From assembly GCA_964016885.1 (NCBI GenBank), contig OZ024749.1, forward strand, positions 56,482,001-56,546,000: DNA of 64,000 nucleotides, written 5' to 3'. The notes under the pieces were generated by a model. That model was not told where the DNA came from, did not search any database, and saw nothing but the letters and a program-made list of their open reading frames with translations. Positions within the stretch are counted from its first letter, which is position 1. The number at the start of each line of letters is the position of its first letter. Source of the stretch: Eledone cirrhosa (taxonomy: Eukaryota). Position numbers and translations under genes: made by a program. Positions 56,376-64,000 of this stretch are shown one piece after another.

Positions 56376-56444
56376 TGTTTTGAACTAAAGTAGACCGCAA
56401 CATTCTTTGTTTTGACCATATTTTTACCTGTCCATCTTCCCCAG
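56376..56444 (-). CDS. IFT80: IFT80 coding exon: (A)GEDGQVKIWSKQRMLRSTLVQN(S)
   Basis: TTGCAG| acceptor, A|GTAGGT donor, 69 nt, phase 1-1; GEDGQ.KIWSK..MLRSTL motif. Confidence 0.95.
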
Positions 56445-56680
56445 CTGCAATATAGAAGATAGAATGTGAGAAGAGGAAGCAACAGAATAACATATTTTTT
56501 GAAGAGAAAAAACCTGTGTTTATTCCTTCAGTTAACCATTTTGGAGAGTGTCTGAAGGAAGTAATGGGAGGCCACACACAGTATCTCTTCTCACAGAAAA
56601 ACAACCAATATGTTACTGAAACGATCCAAGTATGGCCCAACCAACTTCTGAACAGTTAAAATCCACACATACACACTTAC

Positions 56681-56791
56681 CTGTAGCAAAATCTTCACCA
56701 TTATGGGACCAACAGCCACACAAAATGGCGCCTTTGTGAGCTTCAATACTTTTTTCTAAGTGACCGGACTTGCTGATATAATGGATTTTAC
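56681..56791 (-). CDS. IFT80: IFT80 coding exon: (G)KIHYISKSGHLEKSIEAHKGAILCGCWSHNGEDFAT(A)
   Basis: TTTCAG| acceptor, G|GTAAGT donor, 111 nt, phase 1-1, in frame with neighbours; IFT80-like EKS.EAH.GA motif. Confidence 0.95.
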
Positions 56792-57364
56792 CTGAAACAA
56801 ATTCAGAAGCATATTTACTATAAAAGCACCCAGTACACTCTGTAATGTGGTTGGTGTTAGGAAGGTGATCCAGCTGTAGAAAGCTTGTCAAACATATAGA
56901 GTTAGGAGGATCCTTCAGTTTGTGTCAAAAGACACAACTCCTCTGCAGTCTGACTGTATGTCAGTGAGATACCTACTCAGCCTGTCAGGGATGTCAGTGG
57001 CCCAGCTGCAGTACTCACTTAGTCTATGTAGACCCATCCAACCCTTACTAGCAGGGAAAACGGATGTTAAATGATGATGATATATATATATATATATAAC
57101 AAAGAGGGTGCGGTAAGATACCAGGTGGACCATAATGCACCAGAGTACTCAATAGTTAGGGTAGTAGAGTGGGTAATATGAAAAGAGTCAGGACCCCGAC
57201 GGCTAGATCCGAACTCAGACCTCCTTGGTCTGTCTAAGACGTCAGTAGCCCTGTTTTAGTACTGACTTGATAGCAGGGGAAATGGATATTAAATTATGAT
57301 GATGATGATGATGATGATTTACATATATGCTTTTGCTATTATCACCATACTAATACTTCACTGC

Positions 57365-57423
<59 letters not shown>

Positions 57424-57924
57424 TGATAGAGAGTTACCTATGTTGTAAAAATATTTTTCTCAAATCCTCCCCCCCACACACACTCCCCTCTCTTGATGAT
57501 GATGATGATGATGATGATAATAATAATAATAATAACAATAACAACATTGCTATGTAGTTGTTGTTGTTGTACTCGGTATCGTATTTCCAATTGATTTGCC
57601 ACCATCATTTCTGCAGTCATGTCATTTCTAGAGCTTCCATTAATATATAAATAAATAAATAAAGATGCTTCCCTCTCAAGAGAACAAAAACCATTTCTTT
57701 AGTATCAGTGCTGTAATATCTTATGTAAAAGTCTTCGTTCCACATTCTTCCAGGATATTAATCACATAAATATATAACACCAGTGAACAGCATTATCAAA
57801 AGTCACTGGCAATGATACAAAGCCAATGGCAAAGAAACCATCACAAACATGCAGATAACTACAGATAATAGTTGAATGAATATGAGGATGGGATCCCTTG
57901 CTGGACGTATAAGGGCATGATGAC

Positions 57925-58080
57925 ATCCCTTTACATTCTGAGTTCAAATCCCACAAAGGTTAGCCTTGTTTTTCATCCTTACAGAGTTGATAAACTAAAG
58001 TACCAGTAACACACTGGGGTGGATTTAATCAGCTTTCCTCTCCATCCAAATTGTTGGCCTTGTGACTAAATCAAAAACCG
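57925..58080 (+). mobile_element. SINE family A
   Basis: ctgagttcaaatccc...tttcatccttacagagttgataaactaaagtaccag. Confidence 0.75.
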
Positions 58081-58844
58081 CTATTTAATCTCTCTCTCTC
58101 TCTCTCTCTCACTCTCACTCTCTCTCTCTCTCATGATAGGAATTGTCCTGATTATCCAAACTTTTCATCAAAAACTAAACAAAACAAAACAGAAAAAAAA
58201 AAGAATGAAATCAACAACAACAGCAACAACAACAACAACAACCAAATTAGTTGTAAACTAAGATTGAACCATTAAATTCTAATTTGAAAAATCTTCCAAT
58301 AAAATAGATGACAAAGATGAAAGGTTATCGTGACATCTGAAGAAGAAGAAGAAGAAACATTTCATTTCACTTGTCTCATCCATTCACAAACACTAACTAA
58401 AACAAAACAAATAACAAATAATAAAACTAAATTTCAATAGTGCGGGAGTATTTGCGGACCCTACTCTCCCTCACGACCCTCTCAGGAAGTGGGCGAAGAA
58501 GAAGAAGGAGAAGAAGAAGAAGACTGCAGGACTTTAATAAGTAGATGGTTTGTTTCTTTTTAAACAGCAAAATCGAAATTTGTTTTTTATTTATAAATTT
58601 TCAGTGAAAAATAGGTTTTTCTCAGAAATGATTTATTTTACTGAATAAATTTGGATTTAAAATGAATATACACACATTCACACATGTATGTGCATGTATA
58701 TACAAACATTTGTGTATATATACATATACACGTGTGTGTGCATTTATATGTATATATACATATATACGTACACACACATATATATATATATATATCATCA
58801 TCACCATTTAAGGTCTGCTTTCCCTGCTAGCAATGGTAATATAC

Positions 58845-58895
<51 letters not shown>

Positions 58896-59387
58896 CATAC
58901 ACGCACATACACACACACACACACACATACATACACATACTTACACACACATATATATATATACATACACGCACATACACTCACACACTTACACACACAC
59001 ACATACTTACACACACACATATACTTACACACACACACATATATATATATACGTATATATGTATCTATTTGAAATAAAATGAAACGAGTGGTTCATTAGG
59101 GCATTTAAAAGCACAAAACACATGTAGAGAACGCCACATGACAGGGAATGGATTTCTCTTGAAAAAGAAAGACAAAAAAAACACTACTTTCTTGGTTAGA
59201 GAAGCCTTTTTTTGTTGTTGTTGTTTTCCTTTAAAATTATTGCTGTTGACAGATTGTCAGATTGTCACTGAAAGAAGAACACTTCGTTAAATTCCTGTCA
59301 AGTGACCCAAGCATAATAATGGTGATGTGAAAGAACAGTAACGTTTGCGCATGCAGCAGCATAAATTTGGAAGAAATCCTTTACAAT

Positions 59388-59722
59388 GGGAGGAGGGATA
59401 GGGGGAGGGCAAGGGGAGAGAAAGAGAGGGCAAGGCAAGGAGAGGGAGGGGGAACAGGGCAAGGGGAGAGGAGGGGGCAGGGCAAGGAGAGGGGGAGGGA
59501 GAGAACAGGGCAAAGAGAGAGAGGGAGGGAGCAGGGCAAGGAGAGAGATGGAGGGGGCAGGGCAAGGGGGAGAGAGGGAGGGGGAAGGGCAAGGGGGAGA
59601 GAGGGAGGAAACAGGGCAAGGAGAGAGATGGAGGGGGCAGGGCAAGGGGGAGAGAGGGAGGGGGCAGGGCAAGGGGGAGAGAGGGAGGGGGCAGGACAAG
59701 GAGAGAGAGAGAGAGAGAAGGG
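59388..59722. repeat. purine-rich minisatellite
   Basis: gggcaagggggagagagggaggggg-type units. Confidence 0.85.
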
Positions 59723-59957
59723 GCTTAAAACTAATTGCCAACTTCAAGCTTCAATAGACCCTTTGCAAGACATGACACATGCTAAGTCGTTGAAATACAG
59801 AGACGCAGGAATGGAAGCATTGATCATATTTCTGCTGCACTTGGTGCATTTGATAAATCTGCGACATTTGCTCGTCTTACGACAACTGTAGTCGAAAAAA
59901 GAAATGATTTTTGTGGAAAAGAGCAGATAAATAAATGGAGGGAAAACTATAGAATAA

Positions 59958-60410
59958 TAATAATTGTTTCTACTTTTGGCACAAGGCCAGCAATTATCCC
60001 AGTACATTACTGGTACTTTATTTTATCGACCCCATAAGGATGAAAGGCAAAGTTAACCTCAGCGGGATTTGAACTCAGACCGTAAAGAGCCGTAACTCTT
60101 TGCTGCAAAGCATGGCGTCCAACCCTCTACCGATACTGCCAGACAATAATAATGGTTTCTGATTTAGGCAAAAGACCAACAATTTTTGTTTTTTTCTGGG
60201 GGGTGGGTTGTTGATTAAATCGATCCTCGTGCATTACTGGTACTTTATTTTATTAACCACATTAAGAATGAAAAGTAAAACTAACCTCGGCAGTGTGTAG
60301 TAAATAATAATGGTTTCTGATTTAGGCACAAGGCCTGCAATTTTGGTGGGGAGGGGAAAGTTGATTAAATCAACCCCAGTGTCTTACTGGTACTTTATTT
60401 CATCAACCCA
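59958..60410 (-). mobile_element. cluster of SINE family A copies
   Basis: One near-complete copy at 59960-60145 plus two 3' fragments. Confidence 0.8.
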
Positions 60411-61834
60411 GCATACAGAAAATAGTACTACTAGGTACTGCACACATATTATGAACAGTACTCTCAATACAATAGAAACAACATCAGCAAAAACCACACT
60501 GCATATGTCCAAGGTGCACAAAGCTGTGCTCAGTAATGCAGTGATAATGCGCAAAATAATAATGATGATAATAATAATAACAATGATGATGATGATGAAT
60601 TTGACTATTTTCTTTGTCTAGTTGTTGTTGTTGTTGTTACTGCTGTTGTAACAATTAAATATTCATGAAAGAAAACATATATTTTTTTACATTATAAAAT
60701 GTATGAAATGGAAAGCTTTTTCCTCCCAATAGAAATAAGAGGAAAGGAAATTTTTTTTTTCCTTAAATTTTTTTCTTTTCCTTTAATCTACATATAAATG
60801 AAATATGGAATGATAAAAGACAGGGGAATGAAGAAAATACAAATTCGATCGAAAAGAATTATTCTAAATTCTTGGAAAAATTAGAAATAACACAATATAG
60901 AAATGAAATGTGTGTGTTTGAAAACAACATTCATTTACATTTCTTTTCTCCACAAACATTCCTCTTCTCCATTGAGGAGTTTATTTATTTCTTCCATTAC
61001 TATTATATCTTTTATCATCATCATCATTCAACTTCTATTTTTCCATGGGTTAGACGATCTGTCTTCTGTCATGTACTGAGGCCTAGCTAGTCAACTGACT
61101 ATGTCGTGCTAGTATGCTCAAGTTTTCTGGCTTGGTTTCTACAGCTGGATGTCCTTCATGCTGAGTAACTTTGACTATAGGATTAATCTGTCATTTGTCA
61201 CATACTGGAGCCAGGCTGGTCAAGTGACTGGTCATTTTCTGGTTTGGTTTCTACAGCTGGATGTCCTTCACACAGATAACTACATTACAGTTTACCTTTA
61301 ATTATAGATCAGTTGAATTGGGTTAGACAATCTGCCATTTGTCACATACTGAGGCCAGGCCAATCAAGTGACTACGTCTTACTTATATGCTCAGTTTTCT
61401 GGCTTGGTTTCTAGAGCTGGATGCTCTTAATAATGATAACTACTTTACAGAGTGCCTGATCAGTTGAATTAGGGTTAATTTGGGATTAAACAACAACAAC
61501 ATAGAATTATTGCTTTGAAAGTATTATAAAAGAATCAACTGTATAAAGAACTGTTGAACAAATTTTTGAATTTAGTTAATATATTAGCTTAAAATAAACT
61601 ACTTCAACCATAGCATTTTTGTTATAATTTTTTTTTTAAATAGCAGTAACATGAACTTGGCCTGTCTAGGTCAGTAACTCCCGCTTCAGTGCTGACATGG
61701 TCTATGTAGACCTATCCAACCCTTGTTAGCAGGGAAAGTGGACATTAAAATGATGATGATGATGATAAGTAACATGAACTTGACCAGCCAGAGCAGGAAT
61801 TAGTAAAACAAATAAAATAAAATAAAATAATTAC

Positions 61835-62056
61835 CATCAGTTGATGTGAGAACAAATATGTCCGAACCCACTTTCTTTCCACTAGCAGGATCTTTGGGTG
61901 TCCATAAAAGACTAGTAGGGTAGACACCATCAGGTAATGTCACAAATTTACTGGTTTCGTTTAGGTTTAGGTTCCATTTCAGAATTTGGTGGTCATCTGC
62001 TGCTGAGTAAACCTCTTCAGGTGATGTCCAACACACACAACTAACGAGTTCACTAT
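61835..62056 (-). CDS. IFT80: IFT80 coding exon (first in window): (H)SELVSCVCWTSPEEVYSAADDHQILKWNL...IFVLTSTD(G)
   Basis: Translation matches the IFT80 N-terminal WD40 repeat. Donor G|GTAAT at 61834. Start 62056 assumes an AC acceptor; a conventional AG would give 62052. Confidence 0.93.
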
Positions 62057-62080
62057 GTTGGAAGGAGTTAAGGTAAAAAA
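62057..62080 (-). other. U12-type branch point and AC 3' splice site
   Basis: Minus strand TTTTTTACCTTAACTCCTTCCAAC|ATAGTGAA. CCTTAAC lies about 11 nt before AC, and AC usage restores a His codon (C|AT) expected before ELVSC. Confidence 0.75.
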
Positions 62081-62421
62081 TAAATATATCACCAAGCTTA
62101 AATATAAATGCACACCGGTCTTGCTGGATTTTGCTGACTTAATCAACCATAATATACCACATGTAATATTATATATATATATATAATTTAGTTTCATAAC
62201 GGAACAAAGGCACTACCCAGGGTTTCGAGACATTAATTTGACCATATCTCCAGAAAACAATGTTGAGAGGAGGACCACACGATGCACCACTGCCTTGTTT
62301 GCCCTCTACTACCCAACCAGTGCAGCTTAAAATAAATGGGAAACTGTCATATAACCACATGCTTCGAGGATACGAAAAGAAGCAGGTGCTAATACGTGTT
62401 TGTGTGTGTATATATATATAT

Positions 62422-62766
62422 GGAGGCACATGGCTTAGTGGTTAGAGCATTGGCCTTGCAATCGAAAGGTTGTGAGTTCAATTCTCAGACCGGGTGATGT
62501 GTTGTTTCCTTGAGCAAGACACTTTATTTCACATTGCTCCAGTTTACTCAGCTGTAGAAATGAGATGATAGGGACGGAGGTCCATATCATTCCACTGCAA
62601 AGTGGTCGTGGAGGTGCCACGGCAAAAAAGCACCCAGCACTCACTGTAAATGAGGTTGGTGTTAGGAAGGGCATCCAGCTGTAGAAATCAAGCCAGAATC
62701 AGTTCCCGTCCCACCCTTGCAAGCAGGGAAAAGCGGACGTAAAATGAAATGATGATGAAATGATGA
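62422..62766 (+). mobile_element. tRNA-derived SINE family B with CORE-like segment and RTE-type tail, near full length
   Basis: A box tggcttagtggttagagc, B box gagttcaattc, ccttgagcaagacactt, ggttggtgttaggaagggcatccagctgtagaaa, ggacgtaaaa(tga)n. Confidence 0.85.
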
Positions 62767-62774
62767 TATATATA

Positions 62775-62851
62775 CAGGGTGTCCCCAAAAATATATACAC
62801 ACTTCAACAGCATTTTAATGAAAGTGTGTATATATTTTTAGGGACACCCTG
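62775..62851. mobile_element. Tc1/mariner-type MITE (77 bp)
   Basis: TA|CAGGGTGTCCCCAAAAATATATACACACTT...AAGTGTGTATATATTTTTAGGGACACCCTG|TA. Confidence 0.85.
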
Positions 62852-63184
62852 TATGTATGTATACATATATATCCGTGTGTGGTTGACAGCTGAGAGAAAA
62901 AAGTACTCAATACCGAAATAAAGTGTTAATACTTATTTTATTGCTTGTTTAAAACCTATAGATTGCCGAGTTGTGTCGGGAGTTGGGGGGACAGTTTAAA
63001 AAGGTACTGAATACATTGGTAGTGTTTAGGCATCTTTAAATATATATATCTGCGTATGTGTGCGTGTGTATACATATAAAGTGTGTTTACCAATAAAAGT
63101 ACGGCATTTTTTTTTTTATTTCAGTCTCGGAGACCGACAGAGTAACAAAAAAAATAAATAAATAAAGAAAATTATTTATTTTTA

Positions 63185-63325
63185 GAGTTACGCCCCTTTA
63201 TGTCCTGAGTTCAAATCCCGCCAAAGTTAACTTTGCCTTTCATCCTTACGGTGTCGATAAATTAAAGCACCAGTATTGCACTGGGATAATTGCTGGCCTT
63301 GTGTCAAAAGTAGAAACAATTGTTT
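63185..63325 (+). mobile_element. SINE family A
   Basis: ctgagttcaaatcccgccaaagttaactttgcctttcatccttacggtgtcgataaa. Confidence 0.8.
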
Positions 63326-63919
63326 ATTTAGTTATATTACAGGGTTGTTAGTTTACAGGTCTGGTAAGAATTTGGATAGTGAAATGTACATTTTGCGTGT
63401 GTGTTTTAAACGAATATAACCTTGAAAGGAGTCGCAAATTACACTGTAGACTGGTGTAATATTTAATAAAACTTATCTACAAACTACAGAACGAAACAAC
63501 ATATATGACCAACAAGTGACCGATTACGTGTTGCGGCTGAAAAACACTTGCCAACAGGTTATTTTAGCTGTCTGCTGTTATTAATAACAATTACGATATT
63601 TTAACGAACGTAAATTAAATTATAGTTATGTTTAACATTATATATATATATATATATATATTTGGAAAAAATGAAATTTCATTTCTCACTCTTAGTACGG
63701 CTGTTACTTAAATATAAGTATGTATACGTACATACATATATGTATACAGACGTACAGTAGTATGTATATATATACATACATGTACACATATATATATGTA
63801 CGCATGGATTTACCGAGCATTTATTATAATGCTCGGTTTGTTTGTAAACAAACATCCCGAATTAAGCCGTACAGGGTTCGGCAACCATCGTTGCCCTTTT
63901 GTTCAACACTGACAAAGGA

Positions 63920-63962
63920 ACGATCAACTAGTTTCGAGCTTATTAGCTATCGTCAGCACCGT
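63920..63962 (-). ncRNA. minimal Penelope-type hammerhead ribozyme motif
   Basis: ACGGTG-CTGACGA-T-AGC/TAATAA/GCT-C-GAAA-CTAG-TT-GATCGT; palindromic ACTAGT stem III; G.G mismatch at the base of stem I. Confidence 0.65.
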
Positions 63963-64000
63963 ATACCTTCCTGTCAGATGATTGAACGTTTGAAAGTATA

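Noticed and set aside
58440-58522. Possible HDV-like ribozyme (..GTGGGCGAA)
   Set aside because: No P2 partner for the downstream (GAA)n; better explained as a LINE 3' tail.
62362-62375. GTATCCTC (minus strand) as the U12 donor
   Set aside because: Upstream sequence does not encode an IFT80-like N-terminus, and it lies next to a repeat shared with about 53605-53660.
62422-62500. tRNA gene
   Set aside because: A and B boxes run into a SINE body and tail; no full cloverleaf.

Overview
AT-rich, microsatellite-laden animal genomic DNA. The repeat landscape ((TA)n/(CA)n/(GAT)n seas, tRNA-derived SINEs, RTE/CR1 LINE tails, TTAA and TA MITEs) suggests a coleoid cephalopod such as Octopus; this is an inference. 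The only recognisable gene is IFT80 (WD40 intraflagellar transport protein) on the minus strand. Eight consecutive coding exons splice in frame (1039 nt; ..HSELVSCVCW.. to ..QVHIYR). The first coding exon and the 3' half of the gene lie outside the window. The most 5' intron appears to end in a U12-type (minor spliceosome) AC acceptor. Two introns are very large (15 kb and 33 kb). The most unusual signal is a set of structured RNA elements in the introns: four Penelope-type type-I hammerhead ribozyme motifs (three sense to the IFT80 pre-mRNA), a four-copy family of 'split-core' hammerhead-like motifs, a GC-rich pseudoknot-compatible insert, and five long inverted repeats. All folds were done by eye. 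Nearly all ORFs in the supplied track are microsatellite artefacts.
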